Source: Phoronis australis (taxonomy: Eukaryota; Animalia; Phoronida). From it: DNA of 64,000 bases. A program made the translations under genes and the position numbers. This document shows, in pieces, positions 25,582 through 38,000 of the stretch. Numbering within the stretch: the stretch's first letter is position 1; each line of letters opens with the position of its first letter. The notes beneath the pieces were generated by a model, which searched no databases, had not been told where the DNA came from, and was given only the letters and a program-made list of their open reading frames with translations. The stretch is taken from the NCBI GenBank assembly GCA_002633005.1, contig NMRA01000067.1:154752-218751 (forward strand), read 5' to 3'.

Positions 25582-28500
25582 GTTTTCCCCCTTGTATTAG
25601 CAGGCATTGACACTAAAAATACTACAAACCATGGTCAACTCATGAGTTATGGTATTGGTCCAGGCACATTTGGTGAAATTCAGAATACCAGGTAAATCAT
25701 GTCCTATTACATAAACAAATATGTGACATTAAAATTTTCGTGAAAAGAGTAACATGATTACTTTCACTAAATTTAAACATACAGTCGTCAGTCGAGTGAA
25801 TGAAATGGTCAAGCGCAACTTGACCTACAAGCGCAACTTGACCTATTGTCACTGCATTATTAATTTTCACTATGGCAGAATCTGTACAGTTGCACCCCAA
25901 CAGTTCCCACAGTGTGAACAGTGTAATGAGGCACAACAGAGCTGAGTACTCTGTCTAATTAAGCTTGTGCCCATCTTCCCTTGCAGGCTTGTTGGACACT
26001 GCAGTAAACTTGTGTATCACACTGCAGGTGTGTTGCAAATGCTGCGGTTACTAAATACATCTTGTAACTACCTACTGAACCATGCTGTAATGGTCCAGTG
26101 AGCTGAGTAAGACATTGTTAGCGATTAGACACCTGTTGACAAAAACATGTTCTATTCAAGTTCAATGAAGCTGAATTTGTGAAGATTTTTAAAGTGACAG
26201 TGTCATGGTGTAGGGTTGACTGCACTCGGGCATACCAGTTAACAACTTCTAAGTGCTTTGTTTAGCAACTATTACATAGTTACCAGATAAGCTATGTATG
26301 ATCTTTTCATTTTGTTAGTTTGTTTTTTTTTTTTAATCAGCTAAGGTGTGGTTGCAATATAAGCCCTAACTTTGACAAAAACGAATGGAAGGTGTACTTG
26401 TGTTTGGATATTATTACGCAATTACTCAATGTTTTAGAGCTGTGGTTATTGTAGGAGCACAAATAGTGAGTCCAGCTTGGAACAAATATTAAAAGGTTAC
26501 TGTAGCAGGTTTAACAAGCTTGGTCAACTGTTGTATAAAGTTGCATTTAACATGCGAGTTTACAAATGTTACGGAAATTGGGTATTTATTTCTCTCCAAA
26601 AATAGGATGAAAGTGAGGGCCCTGAATCCCTCCACTTTGGGGCTGAATACTGGCCTTATTCCCCTCTGAAAAGTATTGACAAATTAAGCAAAATTTTCCT
26701 CACGAGGCCCAAAATTTCCCTCAAGTGATTGAAAAGTTCTCCTCGAGGTTCAAATCACTTGTAACCCACACAGGTGACTATTCGAAAGAGCACAAAATGT
26801 TAGTATTGGCTACTTGGTAAAAATAACCATTATTGCAAAAAATTGCTGCAGGAAACTACCTTTGGATTTCTGACCTTCACTGCAATTATCAGGGCTTGCT
26901 GTCAAGGTCGTAATTGCTCAGAGACTCAGACTCAAGATTCAAAACTAAGCCAATCATGTGGTATGATTCCAGTAAAAATTTCTAAGTTTAGTGGCAATGT
27001 GCCATGAAGAGTCAATCTTTGAGTCCAGTTTTGAGTACAGAGATTAGTTCCCATGCCCCCACAGTGGTTTGTGTTGATCATGCAGAGCCTTGATTGTTGG
27101 AGTCTGTGTTTTAGTTGAAATTTGCCAATAGGTGGCAGTAGGTGCTCGGATCATTCTCGAGAAGTGTCCTAAAGATTATGGGAATGAACCCTCTTGACTT
27201 TTGACGCTAATTTCTTTAAATGGGAATCAGATAACTGAGCAAATTACATTGGGAATGTCTTAATGTTTTTCTGCTTAACATCATGTTAAACGTCAATACG
27301 AGCAGAATACTCCAAACTATTTGTGTAATGTTTGATACATTTAATGGTAATTTGGGACAAAATATGGCAGACTTTCCCCGTTCAAGTGAATTTTTTTTCA
27401 TTTTCACATCAAAGACATTTAGCAATTAATTAATGCTTTTACATGTTCAAAGTTTGTACCATAGCTGACCACCAGGCTGTATTTTGAAAAATTGTGACCT
27501 GTATGTTAGAAGCCTTTCAAAAATGGAAATGTGGGTCTTTTGGTATTTTTTGACAAAATTGGTAAACTTTTACTGTGTCCTTACATTCTCAATTTGTTAT
27601 TTTACATAAACGGTTTTTAAAAACACGCTGCAAATTCAGTTTCTTTGAAATGAACACTTGTAGAGTTAGTTGCAACTGACAATTCAAAGTTGATGTTTAT
27701 GCTGAATTTTATGGTGTTTAATGTAAACTGAGTTTTAAAATATGACTTGCAAGGTGCTTGTTGGTAATAATAGTTAGATATAACACGCCCGCATTTTGAG
27801 AGCGAGTTCTCTTCTCTGAATAATGGGCATCGACTGTGGGCAGTAGTATCCGACTACTGCCGCTTTGTCATTCAATTAAAATTGGATCTGCCCTACCACT
27901 TCACTAAATAGCCATGGCACCATGCAGTTCAGGTGAAGCTGGGCACCGCCTCCTTGTCAGCACTCCCAGTAATTCCGTGAATGTACTTGCTACCACAGAA
28001 GTCAGTTATTTCAGATAGAGTTATGAAGGTGACTGTCGAAGCCCACAGATCTGGCATTCTTTGTGACTGATGCAGAGAATATGGCCAGTTAATATGTCCA
28101 GTATGCTGCTGTTTTTCCTAGTTTCTATCCACGTTTGTCAACTAGTTATAGGGGGAACCTTAGGGAAAGCCTTTAGTTACCTTTTGTTGATAGAAAAGAA
28201 TGTAACATCTAGTAAAAACAACTGGCTACATGGAGAAATGGTCAGAATATGCTCATAATGCTTTGTGCCACATGAAGTTGTTCATTAAATATGTATCAAG
28301 TTTAAACAGCTCAATTCTATTGTGTCTCCCAATGAACCCTCTATGGTGTTGCTGGAATGCCATGCTTCTATTGAGGCTCTTTTGGGTTGTTTGGGGCTCA
28401 ATATCTGTACCAATAAACTACTATATTGATCTGGCAATCAAATCCCAAAGTTTCTTTTAATCATTTGTCTACCCCATTGTTGAACCGTCCTTATCATTGC

Positions 28501-28831
28501 AAGTTTGCCAGATAAATTGTCTGCTGTTCTTTTGGCCTGATTGGTTGAGTCCACTGCTATCAGAAGACCCTCAAGTGCAGATGGCAGTATTTTGTGTGTT
28601 ATTGGTTTGTTTAAGACGCTCCAACTGTGATGGATTAGATTGCTCACCACCCCACCAGCCATTCCAGAGCAGTGGACTCAACCAGTGAGCCATAGATTTG
28701 AACTGGTGGAGTGAACCGATGAACAGTGACATTTTGTCCTCCTCCGCTTGGACAGTAGGGAATAAAATTGAATAGGACGTGACTTTGAATTTTTTATGAC
28801 TGGTATTGTTTTGTGAGAGCATCGGGGAGTC

Positions 28832-29060
28832 ATGGCGAGGACCATTAGTTCAATAATCTCTGACAAGTCGTCAATGATGGAGGTGACAATGGTGATGATG
28901 GTGATCCTGTATTGTTGCTTACTTCCAGTTGATGCTGCTCAAAGTTTCCGTGAGACACCATCAGATACCACAGCTGTACAAAACTCCACTGTGACGTTGA
29001 AGTGCTCCGTGAATGACCGCAAGGGGAGTGTGCAATGGACAAGAAATGGTGTGGCGTTAG
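28832..29060 (+). CDS. NPHS1: Nephrin-like exon 1: signal peptide and N-half of Ig1
   Basis: MARTISS...MVMMVILYCCLLPVDAA-QSFRETPSDTTAVQNSTVTLKCSVNDRKGSVQWTRNGVAL; donor TTAG|GTAAGA, phase 1. The start Met is uncertain because several are in frame. Confidence 0.9.
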
Positions 29061-32000
29061 GTAAGACATCTTATTAATATGAATTTAAGTGAATGAATCC
29101 TTATGTAATAGTTTCATGTCCAAGCTAATAGGGACATTGTGTGCTCGCTTCGTCAACTGGAGATGGTTACCTGGATGACATCGTCAAGCTGGAGAACGAG
29201 GCGGCCAGCAACAAGCTTCAGTGAAGTCTACCTCTGGCTTTGTGAGAAAGCCCATGGATATCTTGAGACAGACACTTCAGCTCTAAATCATAATGTCATC
29301 ATTTCCCTGAATGCAACAAAAGTTATTATTAATTTCCACTGTGTTTTAGTCTGGAGAACTCAATGTTTAACTACCACACAGCTCCCGATAGCCTATTCTT
29401 ACTTTGCCATATCTCATCCTTTTCTTGGCTCCACAGTCATTGTTTCTCAGAGTCACATAACAACTTTGCATAAAAGAAGTCTCCAAAAAGAGCTTTTGAC
29501 CTCACTGCCAGAGACGATATTGGATGATGTTTACTGTTTAGTTGATGTATCTTCAGAAGGTGACATTATGTACTGATTTAGACATCTGACTACCCATCTT
29601 TCATTGTTAAGCCTTCTGTAGGTGACATTATGTACTGATTTAGACATCTAACTACACATCTTTCATTGTAATATAGTCCTTGTTGTAATTGATGACCATT
29701 TAATGTCTAGTTTGGCATTTAAACTGCTTTGGTGTGCCTCTGGTCTGACCACATGATGTTATGTAATAGTACATCACTAGTCAATATGGGCACAACAGTG
29801 GCCATGTGGTGCTGGTCAGCTGTACCCAAGGGAGTTCCTGCCTTGAATCAGTGCATCATTGGGTTCAGAAGAAACCAGACCATAATACCCAGAGGTGGTG
29901 TTCAGCAAGTGAAGCAGGGCAATAATTACTTTGGGCATGCCATACTAGTAGGCTTAGGATGCACTACGGCAAAATGAGGGGGAGGGGGTGGGGGAGGGGG
30001 GAAGTTCAGGGACATNGAACCCGGAAGAAAAAAGGAATTTGATGTTTGATGAAGCAGTGACTGGATGGGCTGACAATTGCACAAGCGCATAGCTGATAAT
30101 TACTATCACCTTGCCCCAGTTCGCTGTCTATATACTGGCTCTTAAAGTGGGGCAAGTTGCTTGGTTTAGTAAGTTCAATTTTTGTCCGAAGTCGCTAGTA
30201 ACTAGAGCACGTTGCACCTGGGGCAACTTGCTAGTTAATAAGTGTTTGTGTCTGGACACAGCAGCCAGTGTTAAGAAGTTGGATTAAGATAGATGAAGTT
30301 TAGCAGCAGTGTACCCACGATCGACACCCGTAGGATATTCGGTCTTTCCTGTCAAACTGAATATTCCGTCTCGGATGCAAATAGCATGCACTGTGTGTGT
30401 GCCATCTTGTTTAATATACTGGAATTGCACGTGTTCATTATCTCCCTTGTTTGAACACGGGTTGTAACCAATGAAAGTTGTAGAAGCTGATGATTTGGGA
30501 TATTTCCACTTCTTGATGAGTTACAGAATAGAGGTGTGTTTTGGAAATGTTAAGTTGTAGGGTGTTGATCGTGCATAATTTGTCTCTTTCGGAGGTCCAG
30601 TATTCTGAGAAACAGTTTTCTTCACTGAATAACAGGCATCAAACTGATTCTCAAAATGTTGGACACTTTTAAGGGACTAGATTGCGTGATAGGTTATAAA
30701 TAGACACACTTTTGTGAGCCAAGTAAGTTGTCTTCTATTTCTTATAAAACTTAAGTCTCTTGATCATTTTTCTCTAGGTGACATCATTGGAAAGCCCGGG
30801 AAAATATGCTTTATTATACTGTGTAAGCTTTTGCAGAAATGTTACAGAATTTGTATGAAAGTGCAAAATTATGTGAAAAGGTATTGAAAATAGGAACACT
30901 TGCGCTAAATCTCAATTACTGCTCGGCACCTTTATATAAATTGTGCAAAATGCTGCGAGAACATTATCTACTGCTCTGCTAAATGGCTGTCTGTGTGTCA
31001 TACCATTTCTGGATAGAATAATTGAACCTGTTCCCTGAATGAACCTAGTGAAAGCTCTCCCAAAAAGCAGTGCCTTGTTCCTGCAACTTGAGACCTGTAA
31101 GGAATGGATCATTTGCTGACAGACTCTTCCCAAATTATTTTGCCTGTGTCTCTGGAGCTGTTGTTGTAATGGCAGAACAATCACCTTTGACTTTAGGCCA
31201 TTGGAACTTATGTAATAGCTATTTTCTGAGATGTAGCAGTGACATGGTGAAATAAACTGTGCTGTTAGATGGCATTAGAGTATTTTTTGTGCTAACGTGC
31301 AATGCCATCTACAGTTTACATGTAACACTTTTAGGAAGATTTTAGAGCATTGGAATTCCACATGTTTTTTTTTAATTCCTTGTTATCCCCATATCGTCAT
31401 ATCACCAGTTTTTAATGGTGGATATATAAAATCATTCACATAAGAATGTCCATTGTTGCTTGATGTCCAGGAATGAAACAAACTACCTTTGGTATTTGTT
31501 AACTCCGCCCAGTCACTTTTCTGCTTTCACGGCGCTAGAGAGTTCTTTGTCAAATCTTTCCAATTGTCGTTACATTGAGCCTGTTCAATTGTGGTGAAGG
31601 AGGGACACTTTAAAATTATTGCCCAAGAAACATGACGAGGCTGGAATGTCTGAATTGCCTTAGTCAACAGATGGACTAATTCAAGTTGACTGGACATGGG
31701 TTAAAAAAGTCTTGACTGTTGCAACTTCATCAGGTTCTCATTAGTGTGGGAACTTGGCCTCGCCAACTGTGTGCTGTTGTGCAGTTAATTTACTAGAATT
31801 CTATTGGCAACACTCTCACCTGCTGAAGAAGGATTTGAGTAAAGATTGGCGATACAGAGCACTGATATAATGATGGTGTGGGCTGATAACCAATTCATTC
31901 GTGCAAATGAGACTGTCAAGTTCAATAACTTGTCAGTTTAAAAAAAAACTCGTCTTATTGGTTTTTAAGGTCGTGTCAAGTTGAAAGCTAAGTTTCTGTT

Positions 32001-35000
32001 GGTTTGGGCTGAACAATGTGATCTTTGGGTCCTTTTAAGCTTGTTTTATACGGGTGCGAGTTGATTTCAGAACACCGTAGATGTTCTACTGCTTGTGTTT
32101 ATCAGGGATTCATCCAGGATTTGAAAAATAGGATGTCCAAAATGGGTTCCCCAATTTCTCAGGGCATTCATGGCCAACACGTTTTTCTGATCTCAAGTCA
32201 AATAGTGGGATATGATACTACTTTTACAGTGGAAGCATGGTTGTGTGACATGTTGCACATGTGTATAGCTTAAAAAATTCTCCCAATGTTCTACTCTTCA
32301 GTTCCAAATGCACAGTGCATCCAATGAAAAATATACCTCAATCTCTACACTATGGGATTGATTTAGTGTTTCGGGACATAATGTGATTCCTCCATTTTCA
32401 AGAGGCCAATGCCAAGAAAGTCTAAAGACCCAAGAGACACGTGATGAATAGTAGGACCCGTTCTCGTGTGAGGGTATCGTCTCACGTGGTGCAAAGTGAA
32501 CTTGATACAAGTTGTACCTGTGAGGATAAATTAGATGAGACAGTGGTAATGGGCTTTTGGTGGCCTTTAACTCATTCATGTTTTGATGCTGTCTATATTT
32601 AGACTGTGGCAGGTACTTTACACATCCATTTCCTGTTGGCGTGCCTCCTCACCAATCAGCCATACAGATGTCAACGTGTTGACGATGGTGGTGTTGGTGG
32701 TGGTGCTACCTTCCCCACCTAAATCAACAGTCTTGGCACTCCTGCTGTCTGCTGATAGCACCAAATGTCAGCATTGATTGTGGTCTGATTCTCACAGCAA
32801 GCATGGCTTGATAACCCCAGAGATCAGAGAACTGGGCAGTCAGAACGAACCCCAGGGGGCTACATCTCGAAGAGTATATTGTCTTTTTAGTTTAGACTAA
32901 AAATCAGTCCATGGATTACTTAACGTGTTTCACGAAATCAGGCTAAGGCTAAAAGTCATAAACTCTGTCTACAACTTGAAGTCAGAAGGCAGAACTCCAT
33001 ACCCTGCTTGGGAACAGACTAAAAGCCAAAGTAAAATGACAAAAAATCAACTTTTGACTGTAGACTGTTCGAGAAACATGCCCCTGGGGTACAGAGACCC
33101 CTGGTGTACACGAGATCAATACAGACGTGTCTGCAAGCTGGTGTTGTCTGACTGCAATTAATAAACAATTTGCACCATCTAACTTAATTTCATTGACGTG
33201 CCTTACTTGTTGAATTAAGGTTGTGCTGGGAGTTTTTTGTGCTACTAAACTATTTATAGAACAATATTTCAAATGTGATGTCCAGGGTCACCGTAATTTA
33301 CAGGGTGAGGGTCACCGCCTCACCGGTCTGCTGCAATAAATTGATTGTGTGTTCGTTGGATGTGAACCTCCATTTTCCCTGCCTTAAATGCCAAATTGTT
33401 ACCTGACATCTTGTGACTCCGCCGGTGTCATTGCAACATCTCATTAAACTTGCCAATGCCTGCAGTTGTTTTGCCTCCCAGCCTCTTTTTCTCGTTAACA
33501 AATTGTGTTCCTGATGGAAACGTCAGGTCCACTTACAGCTCGATACCAGTTGACGGTTCTCCAGCATTCAGAATGTGATCCGATTTTATTTATTTATGAT
33601 TTAACAATGCTGTGATTCCAGTTGGAGTGCTATGAGTTTTAATGGCTGCATTGTTACTCAAATTCTCTGTAGTTCAGCTTTGTAGTGGTACTGAAATCGA
33701 TTTGCACTGGAATTCCTGTTTAGTGCAGTAAGCAAGACAATTTCATAGAAAAGAGCATGTTGGTGAGATTCAAAGTTGTCATTGTGACTCATACTTCTTG
33801 ACAATATGGAGGCGATAAAATTTGGGGACCCGACGCGTCTCGCTTTTCTTCTCGGTAGCAGATGGTTCAGGTGTCCGCTGTGACTTGAGTTCCATTTCTA
33901 AAAGATGTCATGTTGGAAAGTTTTTTTAACTCCTCGAAAGGGGCTCAACGTATTGAAAACAGGAACAAAAGGGGCTCAACGTATTGAAAACAGGAACAAA
34001 AGGGGCTCAATATATTGAAAACGGGAACAACCCAGCAATGGGCTGTAGCTCTATGATGTTTGAGTTTCAACTTACAACATTTCTCTGCACAGTGGCACCA
34101 GAAACTCGTATTTTCCTGTAACAAATTTACCAATGCACTACGCCATTACACCTGTGGGACTGCCTGACTTGATCCAGTGATGTGTTTATTCAGCTGAAAA
34201 TGTAATATGGCAGAGGAAAAATGTTTTCTGGGGCAGGTCCATGAAAATAACTTTCTTACAGCAGTTAAGGTAAACTTTATCTCGGTAGAAGAATATGTTT
34301 TCTGAAAGTAGAAAAGCCTATAGAATTTAATTTTCTGCTTTTACCAATCTGCTGTTAATTGGGTCATGTGACCATGTCTCTTTAGTAAAATATATCAAAA
34401 AAGTATGGTACATCCATAACAAAACAAGGGTATCAATAATATGACCAAATTTTGTTCGATATTTATGTTCAAGATGAAATTTCAGTTTTCCAACTTATCA
34501 TGTCATTTCCTTTTTTATTTTTTTCATAAAATCAAGTCTTATTTTTTAATAGCCCCTCATGCAAAAGTGGGAAACGCTGTGAACAATTCCTAATAGTGTT
34601 TTGGAAAACAGCGCATTATGCATTTTATCTGGAAGTTTCGTATCCATCTGGTCAGCTATTTGTGAGATATAGTGGTCCGAAGTTTGCCAAATTTGGCCAT
34701 TTTTTCGAGGTTCTGACACAACCTTTAAATGCAAAATCTTGAGGCCTTGTAAGAGACAGTAAAATTCTAAAATGCTAGCATGTCTTTACTGTGCTCTGGT
34801 TAACGAATGAGCATTTATTCCTACACAAAATCTGCTTAGTTTTTACATCTTGTGAGTAAACATGGTCTGAGTTGAGGTTACTATGAGGGGAATACTGTGA
34901 GAGGAACACTTAGTGAGACCGTCTGGCTGGCATATGACCAAGTAGATGTCAAAAATCCTTGTTGACTCACCACGCATTGTTTTTCTGGCTCTTCCTTGTT

Positions 35001-38000
35001 AGAGTTTATGATTATTCAGTAAGCATGACATAAAATCACATAAACATGTCACTTGGTCAGTGGGGGTTTGCGTGCTCGCTTTTTGATTCTTCTTGGTGTC
35101 ATAGGTTTTGAAAAAATAAGTGTTTTTCAGTTGTTCCAACTTCATGTTGTGAAAGTGATATCTTCTGTTTGACCATCTTTTTGAAATATCAGTCTTTTGT
35201 CTTTGGTTACTTAGATTATCTGTCCAAATGATATTCTGTAACTGATCTTGCCATTTATTCTGATGCTGGTCTACTTCCAATCCCTTGTGAGAAGTATAGT
35301 TACTCTCAGGTTTGATCCTTCCCAAGAGGAGCTATACTAATGATAATTCAGTCCCATGTATGGTCTACTTCCAATCCCTTGTGAGAAGTATAGTTACTCT
35401 CAGGTTTTGATCCGTCCCAAGATGAGCTATACGCATTATAATTCAGTTCCATGTATTTAATTTACCAACTTGTAATCATGTCTGGGCCATCTTCTCCGAG
35501 CAAACAACATCCAGTCTGTAGGGGAAAACTCACCCAATAGCTGTGGAGGATTTCAATTAAAAACTGCTTAAGGGTGTTGGGGAACACATAGCAGATCTTT
35601 GCTAATCATGTTCTGTTTGCCACACACACACACACTGGCACACACAAACATAACATGCAGTTTGCGAACACCTTATGGCTGATTGTGGGTTCACCTCAAT
35701 CCGACTAGGAATTATTGCTCAGTGTGTCATAGTATAGGATTACTCCACAGTTTACAAATAATCTGCCAGACTTTTGGACACACACGTGCATATACCTAAA
35801 AACACACAGAGATTTACATTACTGTAGACCAAATGTCTTCGAAGAGTGCTTGAATGACCGCATTTATTGGCCACCTCAATATTGTCATTCTTTAAACCTC
35901 AGATAGTTTAAACTGAGGGTTGCTTTTTAATGTTTCTGTTTATTTAGCCATAGAGTCTGGGGTATAATCGTGGGATGACTTTTTTCCCTTTGTTTTGTTC
36001 TTGCAGAAATTAGGAGTGTCACGCATGCTTTGACCAACTTTCTCTCATTTGCTCTTCTCAGTCCCATTGTCTGCTCACAGGTTTGCAACTGAGGCAGACG
36101 GTTGTGATCGGGACATTTCGATTTCAGGTAAATGGTTCTGACTTTCGTCTTGTTTATTTTCTGGAATATATAGGTGTGCTCGGATGTGGATTGGTGGCTT
36201 CGTAGCGACCTGGGATTTTAACCGGTCACCAAGTCACCAAATGAAATCTGAGTCACCATATTGAACCCTGAAGATACCATCCATTGTACACATGACTTGA
36301 TGGTACTTGTTGGCCTTCCAACAAGGTTCCTTCTTTGTCTTGTGCTTGTGTTCTGACACCAGCTGACTTGGGAAGCAGTTGTTTTTGACATTGAGCCTAC
36401 CAAACTGTTCTAGGGGTTGTTATGTTATTAGATCCTGCCATGAGATCTTGTACATTGCTGCAGTATTCCATCTTGTTGTCATTAGACACGAACTTTACAG
36501 CTGTCACATAGGGAAACTCTTGGCACTGCTTATAGGCATTGGCTGTGTTTGTACTCTTGTAGTGTACAACATCATTTTTGGTTGAGCTGAACTCCACATG
36601 GTGTTCAGCTGCCTGCAGTACTAGAGAAGCATGTAGTTGTTGTCTGCATCAGACAGGAATGTCTACATTTTCTGTGGGGAACCACCAATAACTGGGTGTG
36701 TCCTAATCCCTGTCTGGTTAGTGTTTTTATGACACAACTCCAACTAAAACCTTATTGGTAGTTATTGAGTTGGGTAAGACTTCTCTAATTTGGTGGCATC
36801 ATGTCGTTCTTCTTTCTTGGTGCGGTTTTGTAAATATTGAATCTTTCGTAAGTACTGTGATGTTCCAGTGTAGACTTCAGTCCTCGTGTACCTTCATAGT
36901 TTGGTGTTATCATTAGGTAGCCATACATTTTTGCATTGCAATTGGGAGGAAAAAAGCATAGCACTGATTCACTAGATGTAGTGGCAGTGGTACATGGTTT
37001 TTGACATGGATTTTCAATGGCAAGAAGTGTAGCGGTTTCAGATAGAAAAAATGTATATCATAGTTCCTCGTTGAACATCTCTCATTGGCTTGTTAGCTGT
37101 TGGTGTTTTTAGAAGACAGAAAGGATTACCAATGCTGGTTCAAATACCACTGTCTACTTATGGGGTCAAAATAAGATGGATTTGGCTGGGTTACTAATGC
37201 CAATTCAACAGGCTCCACGTTTTAAAAATGAACTCCTGTCCTAAACAAATATTTCCTCTGCACAAAGCTCAATACCCAATGTCTGGAAAAGTCATGAAGA
37301 TGGCCGCCACCATCGTAAATCAGGTCTTTATTATCAGTGGACATAAATTGTTTACTCTCACAGATCTGCCTGTTTTTTGACTCTCATCAGTGGGCAGGCT
37401 TTGTTTAAACAAACTATCCATTGCTAACTAGAGAAGTGCTGGTTCCAGTGAGTTGGTTGTATAAACATGACCCTGTTGGTGTGTCTTGTGTGATGTCACT
37501 ACAACCAGTCATGGTCTGTAAGAAAGCTTTTGTCTTATATGGTTGTGGTCAACATATCCCTATTGAACTGTTCTGAAGGGTAATGGTTGGTGGGTACAGG
37601 CACTTTACGACTGGGAATAGTTGAGATATCTCCAGGGAACAACTCATCTGTTGGCAGCTATTCCAAGAAACATGGTTTATGATAACTTTACCTTTTCCAC
37701 CAAAGTGTTGTTATTGTTAATTTAGTGCCAAAGTGGAACTATAGCAATTCTTTGTATTCCCAGGTGTTGAACTGTTTATGCAGAAATGCCACGGTTTCAG
37801 ACTACAGGCAAGTCTTGGTGAATGAAATCAATACCTTGCCAGAACAAAAATTTAGAAAGCCTGTTAAAACCATGTCACTGAGTCATATTTCATTATGTCC
37901 TCAACTTTCTTCTTCAAGTGTTTACACCACTATGACACCTAGACATTGAAGACAGCTCTCTATCACCTCCATCTTTAGGTGTGACTCATAGTCGTGACTC

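Noticed and set aside
25239-25613. 124-aa ORF
   Set aside because: Coincides with the foldback element.
27839-27861. Perfect 9-bp hairpin GGCAGTAGT-ATCCG-ACTACTGCC (Helitron end or terminator?)
   Set aside because: No CTRR end at the expected distance, no U-tract, and too short for a pre-miRNA.
33937-34030. 31-bp direct repeats of CRISPR-like length (also 60147-60223)
   Set aside because: Head-to-tail with no unique spacers, no cas genes, and inside a eukaryotic intron.
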